A stretch of 51,623 nucleotides of DNA. Origin: Verrucomicrobiales bacterium (GTDB lineage: Bacteria > Verrucomicrobiota > Verrucomicrobiia > Verrucomicrobiales > V1-33). Both the position numbers and the translations under genes were made by a program. Positions within the stretch are counted from its first letter, which is position 1. The number at the start of each line of letters is the position of its first letter. Location: NCBI GenBank assembly GCA_031411295.1, contig JANOAV010000016.1:1-51623 (forward strand), read 5' to 3'. Shown here in pieces: positions 37,612-48,472 of the stretch. The notes beneath the pieces were generated by a model, which saw only the letters and a list, made by a program, of their open reading frames with translations, was not told the origin of the DNA and did no database searches.

Positions 37612-39771
37612 ATGTCCGCCATCCAAACCTTCCGTCACTATCGCATCTCTCAAGACCCCACTGGCGGGGCCGTTGAGGTGTGGCGCAGCGGCAGTGAGGT
37701 CGTCTGTGTGGCGGTGGATACGCTGCGACAAGTCTTCGTCGAGCTTCACGTCGGTATCGCAGATCCCACCCAGGCGCGCGAACTGAAGCCCTTCCAGCAA
37801 ATCGCCACCCAGGCGGGCCAGATTCGGCAGCGCCATTTCCTGAGCATTCTGGATAGTGGCGAGGACGAGGGGGCGAACTATTACGTGACCGAATTCGTCG
37901 ATGGCGAGCGACTGGATTCGTATCTGGCTCGCTGCAATCCGCTGCCCCCATGGCTGGCCTTGGAAATCCTGGGCCAACTAACCAACGGAATGCTGCCGCT
38001 GGCCCAACAGCCGGCCTTGCTGGCATCCCTCGATTTATTCAATTCCACCATCCAGCAATTGGGGGAAGCGCCCGAAGACCTGCTCTGCAAGATTGCGGAT
38101 CTGGCCCTAACCGTGCAACCGAAGCCCGCCGATCTGGTGCTCAGCACCTCCACCCAGCGGGTCTTAGTGGATGCGGCCCGCCTGCTCTTCTACATGCTCA
38201 CGGGCAACATGCCTCAGGCCGCGCCACAGGCCGCTGACCTGGGTGCGCTAGCGCCAGAAGTAAGTTTCCTCCTCACGGCTATCGGCACCCCCGGACATCC
38301 GCACCATCCGGCGGGTTTGGAGCAACTACGTAATCTGGTGGAGCGCTGTCAGCGCGATCTTGCTGGGGATCCCGGCGGTGCCAGACCGGATAAACTTTCC
38401 CTCTCTCTGCGCCCCCGCCTGCCGCTCCAGTCCCATTATCTATCACCCACCACCGTCAGCGAGATCGTCAGTGGGGACTTTACGGTGGACCCCAAGCCCT
38501 TCGATGCCGCCCTGCCCTACCGCCATGCCGCCATCACCCGCTCCACCCGCGTCCCCGCCACCATCCAACTGCTTCCGCCGGACCGCCTGATGCCGCGGGA
38601 TTACTCACGCAGCCTGCGCACGGCGGTGCAACGCATCAATGGACTGGATCATCCTAACCTGTTGCGCGTGGTCGCATTTCCGGACGCGGAACAACCGGAA
38701 ATATACCTTGAAGAAGCCACCGGGAAATATCATTTGGCCTCGGTCCTGCGGCTCAAGGGTGGATTCGATGCCCAGGAATGCACCTTGATTCTGGAGCAAC
38801 TCCTCGAAGCCCAGCGCCAGGCGGAAGGTTGCGGCCTCACCCCCGTGATTCGATCACTGGGCCAGATCTATTTCCAGTTCACCGACCCGCTGGGCGAAAA
38901 TCAGCTCCCCTCCGAAGCTGAGCTATCGCGCCTACCCCTGAGCCAATGGCCAGCCTTCCGCCTCCGCGTGCGCACCTATCCCACCGCGCTCAACCTTTGC
39001 CAACCCGAGCGTTTCCTGCTCGAGCGTCTTCTGCCCCCCGGCCATCCCGGTGTGGATACCATTCCGGCCCAGAAATCGTCCTCCCTGCTCACTCCCTTCA
39101 GCACCCGAGACATGGCCCTGCTCACTGCCATCTTTACCGCAGGCAGAGCCGAGTTATCAGAAAAATTGCGGCATCACATCTTCGATCATCTGCGGACTCG
39201 CAAAGGTGGCCATCAGCCCACGCCCAAAGAATTTGTGGACCGGTTGGCGGCCATGTCCGGCCGCGCCCTGGTTACCAAGACATCTCCGAAGAAAACCGCC
39301 AGCAAAAAAAAGGCTCCCGCTCAAGACGAACTCGCCCTACCCTTCGACGACACCGCGCCCGGCTTCCTGAGTGGGCCTCATGAGCCCAATTTCCTGGAAG
39401 ACACCCCGGGCAACCTGACTCTGGGTCGAGAATCCGCCAGCTATGCGCCTCCCACTTCGGCGGCACCCGGATTTGCCGAAATGCTGTTTGGCGGACAACT
39501 GACACCCGAGCCGGACGAGGGTCCAGGTGTTCACCCGTCCACCATCTTCCAAGCCGGCCCCCTGGACCCACCCATCTCAGGCGAGCGCAATTTCTTGGAC
39601 GGCCCGTTCGGGGCGCACCAACCCGAGCCAGAGGTTTACGATTTCTCAGAGGAGCCAACCAAGCAGAGCAAACGCGGCTTCATGTTGTTCCTGCTAGTGA
39701 TTCTCGTAGCAGCCTTGGTTGCGGGCATCATGGCTCACTTCACTGGGCGCGCCTTCTGGTTACATAAATGA
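37612..39771 (+). CDS. Tail-anchored protein with two degenerate kinase-like folds
   Basis: ILDSGEDEGANYYVTEFVDGERL, KIADLAL, LDHPNLLRVV; lacks HRD and DFG; Pro-rich linker and C-terminal TM. Confidence 0.7.
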   Translation: MSAIQTFRHYRISQDPTGGAVEVWRSGSEVVCVAVDTLRQVFVELHVGIADPTQARELKPFQQIATQAGQIRQRHFLSILDSGEDEGANYYVTEFVDGERLDSYLARCNPLPPWLALEILGQLTNGMLPLAQQPALLASLDLFNSTIQQLGEAPEDLLCKIADLALTVQPKPADLVLSTSTQRVLVDAARLLFYMLTGNMPQAAPQAADLGALAPEVSFLLTAIGTPGHPHHPAGLEQLRNLVERCQRDLAGDPGGARPDKLSLSLRPRLPLQSHYLSPTTVSEIVSGDFTVDPKPFDAALPYRHAAITRSTRVPATIQLLPPDRLMPRDYSRSLRTAVQRINGLDHPNLLRVVAFPDAEQPEIYLEEATGKYHLASVLRLKGGFDAQECTLILEQLLEAQRQAEGCGLTPVIRSLGQIYFQFTDPLGENQLPSEAELSRLPLSQWPAFRLRVRTYPTALNLCQPERFLLERLLPPGHPGVDTIPAQKSSSLLTPFSTRDMALLTAIFTAGRAELSEKLRHHIFDHLRTRKGGHQPTPKEFVDRLAAMSGRALVTKTSPKKTASKKKAPAQDELALPFDDTAPGFLSGPHEPNFLEDTPGNLTLGRESASYAPPTSAAPGFAEMLFGGQLTPEPDEGPGVHPSTIFQAGPLDPPISGERNFLDGPFGAHQPEPEVYDFSEEPTKQSKRGFMLFLLVILVAALVAGIMAHFTGRAFWLHK

Positions 39772-39798
39772 GTTCCCCCACCCCCCTGCGATCGCTCC

Positions 39799-40236
39799 AT
39801 GAAATCTGCCCTCCACTGTTGTTTAATGCTGATTTGTGCCAGCCTCCAACCCAGTTGCCAAAGCCCTGCTTCAGCCAGATCAGGGACAGCCCATGACCCC
39901 ACCTTTGCCAAGGCCCAAGTAGTGCTGGAGAAAAACTGCGTGCACTGTCACGGAGAAATCCACCTCCCCCAAATGCCCGCTCTGACCACCACCTCCTCCC
40001 TGGCAGATTTGATTGGCCCAGGAAAATGGATCGTCCCCGGCAAGCCAGAAGCAAGTCGGTTATTCCAGGTGGTGACCCTCGATGATAACCAAGTTGGTGC
40101 CATGCCCCCAACCGGCCACAAAATTACAGAAGCAGAAATTGCCACCCTCCGCGCCTGGATCATTGCAGGTGCAACCATCCCAGAGGACGCCCCCGCCATC
40201 ATGAAACCAAGGGGCACCCCGCCGCGCTCCCGCTAG
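39799..40236 (+). CDS. Planctomycete-type c cytochrome lipoprotein
   Basis: CVHCH, IVPGKPEASRL, MPP, LRAWI; lipobox-like LQPSC. Confidence 0.85.
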   Translation: MKSALHCCLMLICASLQPSCQSPASARSGTAHDPTFAKAQVVLEKNCVHCHGEIHLPQMPALTTTSSLADLIGPGKWIVPGKPEASRLFQVVTLDDNQVGAMPPTGHKITEAEIATLRAWIIAGATIPEDAPAIMKPRGTPPRSR

Positions 40237-40480
40237 CGCCACTTCCCCCCCCGCTGAGCCGAGCCATCCGCATCGCTGGAGCCCCACCCGAGCATGACGG
40301 CGTTTAAACTCATCATGACTACCATACGTGGACTCCCGAAGACCCGATGGAGCCGTTTTTTCTGCGCATTCGGCTGGATCAGACCCGACAGGTCCCCCCA
40401 GTGCACCTTTCCAGTCCCGCCACAGCCCATTTCGTCAAATAAAGCTCGCTTGCGCTGCGGGAATCTTGCTACACTCGGTC

Positions 40481-41161
40481 ATGGCAGCTTCAAAATCGCG
40501 CGTCGCAATCGTCCTCGGGGCCCTTTTACTTGGGGTTCTGGTGTTTTTTCCCTACGCCTTCTGGCGGCACCTCAATTCATTCTCCGAAATGAAGGCCAAG
40601 GCTGCGATGAGGCAGGCCTACCAAATCCACCAAGCGCTTTTTGCCTACGCCCAAACCCATGACGGGAACTTTCCCGTGCCTCCACAGGAAGGCAGCGACC
40701 ATCTTACCTCCAATGAGGCCTACCGGGAACTTTTCCGCGCAGGCTTGCTGGATGATGAAAAACTCTTCTACGTCCAGCGCTCAGCCTGGCATGATGGCAA
40801 GACCAAATCGGACCACGACATTGGCACCGAAGCAACCGGCTTCAATCAAGCGCTGGCTAGAAATGAGAACCACTTCGCCTACGTCAGTGGCTTGAATGCC
40901 AATACCAGTGATCCCACTACCCCGTTGGTGATGGATGGGTTCATTCCCGGCTCCGATCTCCGGTGGTCCAAGGATAAAACGGAAAAAGGCGGTGTCTGGA
41001 AGGGCCGCTGGGCCATCGTCGTCCGAGTTAGCGGAGCCGCAAAAGTCATCGATCTGGACGCCGAGGGACGCGTCATGGAACCAATCGACGGAAAACTCCA
41101 AAACATCTCCAAACTCATCGACAAGACCCCCGGTGCCAAGGCCCTGAATCCCGACGGCTAA
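40481..41161 (+). CDS. Pilin/type II secretion-like hypothetical protein
   Basis: N-terminal TM helix, QI..ALFAYA..HDGNFP, SNEAYRELF, GGVWKG..AIVV. Confidence 0.7.
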   Translation: MAASKSRVAIVLGALLLGVLVFFPYAFWRHLNSFSEMKAKAAMRQAYQIHQALFAYAQTHDGNFPVPPQEGSDHLTSNEAYRELFRAGLLDDEKLFYVQRSAWHDGKTKSDHDIGTEATGFNQALARNENHFAYVSGLNANTSDPTTPLVMDGFIPGSDLRWSKDKTEKGGVWKGRWAIVVRVSGAAKVIDLDAEGRVMEPIDGKLQNISKLIDKTPGAKALNPDG

Positions 41162-41277
41162 TAGCCCCGACCGCTCATTCCCTCGACACACCGTGATAAT
41201 GCCCCCCGTCCGGCTGACCGAACTGGGCGGTGCTGCCTGAGCACCTCGCTGATAGCGCGCCAGCCGTCGCAGATTTT

Positions 41278-41688
41278 TTAATGACCTAGCTTGGGCAACA
41301 CAACCGTGGGCACGGCTGTCAAATTCAGTCCATGCGGCACAAAGCGCTCGAAATCCTTGATATTTCTCGTCGCCACGGTGAAACCATTGACCATCCCTGC
41401 GGCAGCTATCATGCAGTCTGCGTGGGAGCCCCGTTTCCGACCAGTATAATGGAATAAGCGCGATGCCTGCTCTGCTTGTTGCCAAGTGAATTCCGTAATG
41501 CGTTTACCTAACACTGCAAAGACCGCATCCTTTTGTTGTTTGCTATGCGGACCATTGCAAAATTCGGACCAAGCGATGGCGGAAGTCCCCAAGAGCTTGC
41601 CTTCCTTCAGCCACTGCTCAATCATGGCCACGTGCGGAGATCCCGCCGTGACCAGATCGATCAGTAAATTGGTGTCCAAATGAATCAT
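41278..41688 (-). CDS. vapC: PIN domain toxin (VapC family)
   Basis: IHLDTN, WSEF, ADCMIAA, ATRNIKDF. Confidence 0.9.
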   Translation of the reverse strand: MIHLDTNLLIDLVTAGSPHVAMIEQWLKEGKLLGTSAIAWSEFCNGPHSKQQKDAVFAVLGKRITEFTWQQAEQASRLFHYTGRKRGSHADCMIAAAGMVNGFTVATRNIKDFERFVPHGLNLTAVPTVVLPKLGH

Positions 41689-41966
41689 GATTCCCACCAG
41701 TAATGTTTGGCTTGCCGTTCCTCCCGGACATCCTCCCGGAGCACTGCGGCTTCCTCCTGGCTCAGCCCTCCGCCGCCTTGCAGCCAAGCAAGGGCTTCTA
41801 ACGGGCTGGGAAGGGCTGCTTCCCGGTCAGATTCTTCTTTGGCTTTGCGGACTGCGCGACGCATCACTTCAGCCTTGGAGACTCCCCAGCGGCTGGTGAG
41901 TTCTTTCAATGCTTGGAGGGTTCCCTGGTCCAAGGCCATGCTGGTTCTGGAGAGAGCATAAGTCAT
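41685..41966 (-). CDS. Ribbon-helix-helix (CopG-like) antitoxin
   Basis: RTSMALD..L..WGVSKAEVMRRAV; 4-bp overlap with the toxin gene. Confidence 0.85.
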   Translation of the reverse strand: MTYALSRTSMALDQGTLQALKELTSRWGVSKAEVMRRAVRKAKEESDREAALPSPLEALAWLQGGGGLSQEEAAVLREDVREERQAKHYWWES

Positions 41967-42152
41967 GTGGTAATGTCGCGCACACTTCCCCAATTTCAAC
42001 TTTTTTTTCTCTTTTAGCAAAACAAGCCACCGCCCTCAGTTCACTAACATCAAACCGCATCTGCTTGGGCTCTTAAATTTCCAATCCAAAAAATGAGTGG
42101 AACTATTTTGCTAGTTTCGTAAACTCCATCAAGCATCCCATTTTCTATTACC

Positions 42153-42929
42153 ATGAAGCCGCTCTTCTTACTCACCGCTGCCCTCCTCATCACTTCGCTT
42201 TCGCCCTGCCTCATGGCCAAGGAGGAAGCCAAACTGACTCCCGCCAAACTTGCAGAATTCAAACTCGGCCCACTCTTGAGCGGAGAGCAAGCTTCCTTGG
42301 ATCAATTATCCGGCAAAGTCGTTGTGCTGGAATTCTGGGGCGTCAATTGCGGTCCTTGCCTTGCCGCCATGCCTACCTTCGTGGACATGGATAAACGCTA
42401 CGGCAAAAAGGGCGTCCAAATCGTCGGCGTGCATTGTCAGAGCGAACCCGATGATAAAGTTAAAAAAACGGTGGAGAAGTTGAAGATGAAGTTTCCCGTC
42501 GTCAACCAAAGCAGCGTGCCCTCCGCTCATTCCTTTAGTGGCATTCCGCACACGTTCGTTTTCAACCCGGCAGGCGATCTCGTTTACAGCGGTCATCCGG
42601 GTGACGAAATGGAAAAAGTGGTCCGCAAGGAAATGAAAGGCGTGGACGCTGCCACCGCCGCCACCACTCCCGCAGCCTCCCCAGCCAAGCCTATAACCGC
42701 CACCGCCAGTCCGAACAGCCCTAAAGCCAGCGCCAGCGCCACCGCCGCACCGCTCATCCCAACCCGGGCTTGGGCTAACACCGAAGGCAAGATTATGGAG
42801 GCGGCCCTGCTCAGGGTGGACGGGGATACCGGAAAATTTAAATCCCCCAACGGCCAGACCTTCTCCCTCGCCATCAGTAAACTTTCTGAAGCAGATCAGA
42901 ATTACATCTCGAAGCATACGGCCCATTGA
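42153..42929 (+). CDS. TlpA-like thioredoxin with C-terminal SHD1-like domain
   Basis: Signal peptide; LEFWGVNCGPC; GIPHTF; RAWANTEGK..KLSEADQNYI. Confidence 0.88.
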   Translation: MKPLFLLTAALLITSLSPCLMAKEEAKLTPAKLAEFKLGPLLSGEQASLDQLSGKVVVLEFWGVNCGPCLAAMPTFVDMDKRYGKKGVQIVGVHCQSEPDDKVKKTVEKLKMKFPVVNQSSVPSAHSFSGIPHTFVFNPAGDLVYSGHPGDEMEKVVRKEMKGVDAATAATTPAASPAKPITATASPNSPKASASATAAPLIPTRAWANTEGKIMEAALLRVDGDTGKFKSPNGQTFSLAISKLSEADQNYISKHTAH

Positions 42930-43037
42930 TCTGTCTGGACCGTAAAATAGTTCGAGAAATCAACCAACTCAGACTTTACGAGCGCCCAGCGCCTTCGTAA
43001 GCTGTAGCGATTAATCTACTTCGCTCGCAGCCTTGGC

Positions 43038-45140
43038 ATGACTCCTGTCCATAACATCCCCCACCTCACCCGCTCACGTCTTCATAAACGGCGGGCGACA
43101 TTCTTTTCGGTGGTCTTCCTCACCACCCTAGCCGGAGTGTGGATGATGCTCGACTTTCTAATGCACACCGGAGACAGCCTCAATTGGCTGGAGGTTGGCA
43201 TGATCCTCGTTTTCACTCCGTTGTTTTATCAACTCGTTACGGGCTTCTGGTTGGCGGTTATGGGCTTGTTCGTCAAGCTGACAGGCGACAAAGACCCGTT
43301 GGACCTAACGCATTCACTGAAACCCGAGGATGCCGCCCTTCCGCTCAACGGCTCCGTGGGCATCATCATGCCAGTTTATAACGAAGATGTGACCCGCGTC
43401 TTCGAAGGACTCCGGGTCATTTACGAAAGCCTCGAAAAAACCGGGCACCTCAAAAATTTCGATTTCTTCGTCCTCAGCGATTCCGATTCCCCCAACAAAT
43501 GGATCGAAGAAGAGACCGCCTGGCTGGCTCTCTGCAAGCAACTGAACGCCTTCGGCAAAATTTTCTATCGCAAACGGCGCAAGCCGATTAATCGCAAGAG
43601 CGGAAATGTTAGCGACTTCTGCCGTCGGTGGGGCAAGCGTTACCGCTATATGCTCGTGCTGGATGCGGACAGCGTGATGTCAGGCGATACCATGGTGCAG
43701 ATGACACGGATCATGGACAAGCATGCTGCCATCGGCATTCTGCAAACTGCCCCACGCGTCTTTGGAGCGGAAACGTTGTTTGGCCGCGTCATGCAATTTG
43801 CGGGAGCCATCTACGGCGGCCCCTTCATGAGCGGATTGAATTACATGCAAATGGGCGATGCCACCTTCTGGGGCCACAACGCGATCATCCGGCTCGCTCC
43901 GTTCATCGAATTCTGCGCCCTGCCGGAACTGCCCGGCAAGGAACCCTTCGGTGGCCGCATCCTGAGCCACGACTTCGTCGAAGCCGCCCTGATGCGGAAG
44001 GCGGGTTGGTTCGTGTTCCTGCTGCCCGTGCAGGAAGGCAGCTATGAAGAAGGCCCACCCACCTTGTTAGACACCTTGAAACGCGACCGCCGCTGGTGCC
44101 AAGGCAACATGCAACATATCTGGCTCCTGTTTGCCAAAGGCTGGAAGCCCATCAGCCGACTCAACTTCCTCCACGGCATCCTCAGCTACGTTTCGAGCCC
44201 GCTCTGGTTCGCGTTCCTGGTCTTCGCCACCATCCTGGCCGGCCTCAAGGGTTATGGTGATACCACGGAGCGGCTTTCCGGCATGGTCCTGCTGATCCTC
44301 ACCGTCATCCTGTTATTTCTCCCCAAAGTCGCCATCATGCTCACCGAAATGTGTCGTCGCGATGTGGCACGCGAGTATGGCGGGCGGCTCAAAGTGCTCG
44401 GCGGCTGCTTGGTGGATACCTTTTTCTTCTCCCTGCTAGCCCCTATTCTGATGGTCTTCCACAGCAAGTTTGTGCTCTTTACCTTCGCAGGCAAAGGGGT
44501 CAAATGGGCCGCCCAACGTCGCAAGTCAGACGACTCCATCGATTGGCAGGAAAGCATCCAAAACTTTGCTGGCATTACCATCCTGGCCTTCATCTGGATG
44601 GCCGTAGCCATCGTGCTCAATCCCACCTTCTTCTTCTGGATCCTTCCCGTGCTCCTTGGCATGGCTCTGGCCATTCCCTTCTCCATCGTCACCTCCAGCA
44701 ACCTCTGGCGGGATAAACTATTCTTCACCCGGGAGGAGATCGACAAGCCCCAGGTCATCGCCCAGATGCAGGAAAACTTCGGGAAAGCGCAACTGCGCTC
44801 CAAGCCACTCACGCGTCTGGCCGACCACTACGGACTGCTCCAAGCCGTGCTCGATCCCTACATCAACGCCCTTCACGTGGGCCTGCTGCGGCAACGCCAA
44901 CGCACCACCCCGGAATCCAAAGAATACCTCGAAAGTCTTCGTAAGAAAATCCTCCGCGAAGGCCCTGGGGCGCTCAACCCACGCGAAGTCAAAGCCCTGA
45001 TGTATGATCCTGACATCATGCTCCGCCTTCATTACGACCTCTGGTCCAGCACCACCCAGGAACTAGATCCCTGGTGGGATCTCGCCATCCGCCAATACAA
45101 CATCCTCACCTTCGAGCCCACCACCCCGCTGGCGCAGTAA
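43038..45140 (+). CDS. opgH: Glucans biosynthesis glucosyltransferase MdoH/OpgH
   Basis: MPVYNED, RKSGNVSDFCRRWG, LDADS, WGHNAIIR, LSHDFVEAA, RDRRWCQGN. Confidence 0.95.
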   Translation: MTPVHNIPHLTRSRLHKRRATFFSVVFLTTLAGVWMMLDFLMHTGDSLNWLEVGMILVFTPLFYQLVTGFWLAVMGLFVKLTGDKDPLDLTHSLKPEDAALPLNGSVGIIMPVYNEDVTRVFEGLRVIYESLEKTGHLKNFDFFVLSDSDSPNKWIEEETAWLALCKQLNAFGKIFYRKRRKPINRKSGNVSDFCRRWGKRYRYMLVLDADSVMSGDTMVQMTRIMDKHAAIGILQTAPRVFGAETLFGRVMQFAGAIYGGPFMSGLNYMQMGDATFWGHNAIIRLAPFIEFCALPELPGKEPFGGRILSHDFVEAALMRKAGWFVFLLPVQEGSYEEGPPTLLDTLKRDRRWCQGNMQHIWLLFAKGWKPISRLNFLHGILSYVSSPLWFAFLVFATILAGLKGYGDTTERLSGMVLLILTVILLFLPKVAIMLTEMCRRDVAREYGGRLKVLGGCLVDTFFFSLLAPILMVFHSKFVLFTFAGKGVKWAAQRRKSDDSIDWQESIQNFAGITILAFIWMAVAIVLNPTFFFWILPVLLGMALAIPFSIVTSSNLWRDKLFFTREEIDKPQVIAQMQENFGKAQLRSKPLTRLADHYGLLQAVLDPYINALHVGLLRQRQRTTPESKEYLESLRKKILREGPGALNPREVKALMYDPDIMLRLHYDLWSSTTQELDPWWDLAIRQYNILTFEPTTPLAQ

Positions 45141-45402
45141 GGCAAAGAGTGTGGGAGCAGGCCGCCAGACTGCTTCCTTGTGGCTGTTACCTAACTACTG
45201 CAGCCCCAGCCAGCGATCGGCAGCACAAATTCCCCCTTTCCCGTAATAAAGATGCATGACAAACGCCGAGATTCCATACATGGTAGGCGCTCTGGAAGGA
45301 ATAATAAATTTCCGACTCCCGCATGAATTGCCCTTTTTACCCCCAGCCGAGTTCCCTTAGTTCGCAGCCGATCTTCGCTGCGGGGCCTCTGACCGACCCT
45401 GC

Positions 45403-47610
45403 ATGAATTACTCCTGGCAATTCAACTTCGCCCCCTGGGTGGTCATCACGGTGGTGCTGTTCCTGACAGCTTCCGTGTGGTTTTTCTTCCGCAGTCTGAA
45501 GCGCGAAGGAGCCTCCAGGAAGAATATCCTGCTGCAATTGCTCCGTCTAGCTGCTGCGGTCATGGTGGCGCTGACCCTCCTGCGTCCAGAGCGTGTGGCC
45601 GTGCAACAGCGGACCGAACAGCCGCGGGTGGCCGTCCTCTGGGATGCCTCCGGCAGTATGGCTACCCGGGACGTGGTGGAAGAGAATGTCGCCCCAAAGT
45701 CGCGCGCGGAATGGCTCAAAGGCCAGGTGGAGGCTGAATTCTGGAAACCGCTGCAAGCGCGCTATCAAGTCAGCGTGCTGCCATTTTCTCCGGTGCCGGA
45801 TGCTGCTCAGGGAGCCAGCGTGGAAGATATCGCAGAAGCGGGCACGGACCTCCATGAGCCATTGGACTTGTTGCCGAAACAATACGGAGATCTCCGCGCG
45901 GTCCTTTTACTCTCAGATGGTGATTGGAACCGGGGGAAATCCCCCATTACCTCGGCCACCGCCCTGGCCCAGAAGGACATCCCCGTCTTCAGCGCGGTCG
46001 TGGGCACCGACCAATATTTGCCGGACATCGAAATGCTGTCCGTCATGGCTCCCACCTACGGCCTAGTCAATGAGCGCATCAGCGTCATGGTCACGCTGCA
46101 GAATCGTTTAAAACGTGAAGTGCGTTCCACCATCACCATTACCGGCCCGGGCGGGGCCACTGGCTCCAAGCAAGTAACACTGCCTGCGCTGGGGCAAACG
46201 CAGGAAATGCTGGTCGTCACGCCCCAAGCGGAAGGCGATGGCGAATTCAAGGTCAGCCTGCCGGTGGAAACCGAGGAAATTTTCAAGGATAACAACGAGA
46301 AACTCTTTCGCATGGCGGTCCGTAAGGAAACGCTGAAAGTCCTCGTGGTGGATTCTGCCCCACGCTGGGAATTTCGTTATCTGCGCAACGCCCTCATGCG
46401 TGATCCAGGTGTGGCCGTGAACACGGTGCTCTATCATCCGCAGCTCGGTATGGGCGCTGGCAACGGCTATCTCAATGAGTTCCCTGCCAAGAAGGAAGAC
46501 CTGCAAGGGTTCGACGTCATTTTCCTGGGCGACGTGGGCATGGATGGTCAACTCACGAAGGAAAATGCGGAAATGATCAAGGGACTGGTCGAGCAACAAG
46601 CCAGCGGCCTGGTCTTCCTCCCCGGCCCGCTGGGTCGGCAACGCACGCTGGCCGATTCCCCCCTGGGCGATCTGATCCCGGTGGAAACGGACTTTGCGAA
46701 AGGCATCGGCATGGCCAGCAGCGTGGAGGCACATTTGGACCTCACCTTCCGCGGACGCGATCACTGGCTCACCATGTTAGCAACCGATCCCGCCGCTAAC
46801 CAAGCCGTCTGGAAAGGCCTGCCTGGATTCTTTTGGTATGCACCCGTCATCAAAGCCAAACCAGGCTCCGAAGTGCTAGCGGTGCATCAAATGGCCCGCA
46901 ATGACAATGGCCGCATTCCTTTGCTAGTCACGAAGAATCAAGGCAACGGCAAGGTTCTCTACATGGGCACCGATTCTGCCTGGCGTTGGCGGAAAGGCGT
47001 GGAGGACACCTATCACTATCGTTTCTGGGGGCAAGTGGTGCGCTGGATGGCCCACCAACGCCATTTGGCTCAGGACGAAGGCATGCGCTTCTTCTACAAT
47101 CCGGAGACACCCAAACGGGGCGATAAAGTCCGCCTGAACGCGACCGTGATGGATAAACTCGGCATCCCCATCTCCACCGGCAAAGTTACGGTTACGCTCA
47201 AGGCCCCCAGCGGCACGAGCGAAACCATCGATCTGATCACCGAGAACGCTGACTGGGGCATGCGGGTGGGCGAATTCATTCCACGCGAGGGTGGCACCTA
47301 TGAAGTCGAAGTGGCCTGCCCGGATGCGGGGCGTAAACTGAACACCAAGTTGGAAGTAACCGTCCCCACCGTCGAAAAAGTAGGCCTCCCTGCCAAAGCC
47401 GATGTCCTCCGCGAAATCTCCGCCATCACAGGCGGCAAATCCGGCGGCACAGGCGACCTCAGCTCACTCCTCAGCCAAATCAGCATCCTGCCGGAACCAA
47501 AACTCCAGGAACAACGTTCCCGCCTCTGGAGCGATCCCTGGTGGTGCGGCACCCTGGTGCTCTTGCTCATGGCCTACTGGGTTGGACGCAAGCTCATTGG
47601 ACTCGCCTAA
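45403..47610 (+). CDS. Membrane protein with VWA-like and class I GATase-like domains
   Basis: N- and C-terminal TM helices, DASGSM, LSDG, PRWEFRYLRNAL.RD, WRWR..FWGQVVRW. Confidence 0.8.
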   Translation: MNYSWQFNFAPWVVITVVLFLTASVWFFFRSLKREGASRKNILLQLLRLAAAVMVALTLLRPERVAVQQRTEQPRVAVLWDASGSMATRDVVEENVAPKSRAEWLKGQVEAEFWKPLQARYQVSVLPFSPVPDAAQGASVEDIAEAGTDLHEPLDLLPKQYGDLRAVLLLSDGDWNRGKSPITSATALAQKDIPVFSAVVGTDQYLPDIEMLSVMAPTYGLVNERISVMVTLQNRLKREVRSTITITGPGGATGSKQVTLPALGQTQEMLVVTPQAEGDGEFKVSLPVETEEIFKDNNEKLFRMAVRKETLKVLVVDSAPRWEFRYLRNALMRDPGVAVNTVLYHPQLGMGAGNGYLNEFPAKKEDLQGFDVIFLGDVGMDGQLTKENAEMIKGLVEQQASGLVFLPGPLGRQRTLADSPLGDLIPVETDFAKGIGMASSVEAHLDLTFRGRDHWLTMLATDPAANQAVWKGLPGFFWYAPVIKAKPGSEVLAVHQMARNDNGRIPLLVTKNQGNGKVLYMGTDSAWRWRKGVEDTYHYRFWGQVVRWMAHQRHLAQDEGMRFFYNPETPKRGDKVRLNATVMDKLGIPISTGKVTVTLKAPSGTSETIDLITENADWGMRVGEFIPREGGTYEVEVACPDAGRKLNTKLEVTVPTVEKVGLPAKADVLREISAITGGKSGGTGDLSSLLSQISILPEPKLQEQRSRLWSDPWWCGTLVLLLMAYWVGRKLIGLA

Positions 47611-47722
47611 CTAACGCCAGCAGTCCGCTTCCGCGAATTACAAACGGGCCCCGTTTTTCTTGATTGCACGTCGTGCGCGAACGCTTTAGCTTCCCGCACA
47701 AGTTCCAACAACCATCCCCTCC

Positions 47723-48451
47723 ATGACCAGCCATCCTTTCCACGACGTCAACCCTGATTCCCTCCTGCTCCTCCCGCCCCACCTGCGTCAGCGCGCCTCC
47801 ACCATGTTGGGTTCCTCCAATGCCGCGGTGCGAAATGTGACGGTGTATGAGAAGGAGCCGGGGATTGGAATGATGGGTTTCGACTTGCTGTCACGCTTGA
47901 TGAAGGACCGGATCATTTTTGTGGGCGAGCAAGTCTCTGACCCACTGGCGAACTATCTGATTGCGCAGATGCTGTATTTGCAAATGCAGGATCCCGGCAA
48001 GGATATCAATATTTATATCAACAGCCCTGGTGGTTCCGTCACGGCTGGCTTGGCGATCTACGATACCATGCAGTTCCTCACGTGTGATGTGAACACCTAC
48101 TGCATGGGCATGGCCGCCAGCATGGGTTCCGTGCTCCTCTGCGCGGGCACCAAGGGGAAACGCTACGCCCTCCCGAACAGCACCGTGATGATTCACCAAG
48201 TCTCCGGTGGCGCCCAAGGCACCGCCAGCGACGTGGAGCGCACCGTGGAATTCATGTATGGCTTGAAGAAACGTCTCAACGCCATCCTCGCGAAGCACAC
48301 CGGTCAGACCGTGGCCCAGATCGAAAAAGACTCCGACCGGGACAACTACATGTCTGCTGAAACCGCCTGCGCCTACGGTTTGGTGGACCGCGTGCTCGAA
48401 AGCAAAAAGGAATTGGTTGCTCCCATCGCAGAAATCACCAGCCCCTCCTAA
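47723..48451 (+). CDS. clpP: ATP-dependent Clp protease proteolytic subunit
   Basis: SRLMKDRIIF, YINSPGGSV, AASMG, MIHQ, DRDNYM. Confidence 0.96.
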   Translation: MTSHPFHDVNPDSLLLLPPHLRQRASTMLGSSNAAVRNVTVYEKEPGIGMMGFDLLSRLMKDRIIFVGEQVSDPLANYLIAQMLYLQMQDPGKDINIYINSPGGSVTAGLAIYDTMQFLTCDVNTYCMGMAASMGSVLLCAGTKGKRYALPNSTVMIHQVSGGAQGTASDVERTVEFMYGLKKRLNAILAKHTGQTVAQIEKDSDRDNYMSAETACAYGLVDRVLESKKELVAPIAEITSPS

Positions 48452-48472
48452 ATTCTTTGTCGCCCTAACGCC

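Noticed and set aside
40236..40480. Possible ncRNA, riboswitch or small ORF in this intergenic gap
   Set aside because: No recognisable RNA family motif or convincing coding signal; an Rfam search would be needed.
45149..45178. REP-like hairpin after opgH
   Set aside because: Imperfect, single copy in the window; cannot separate a repeat from a terminator.
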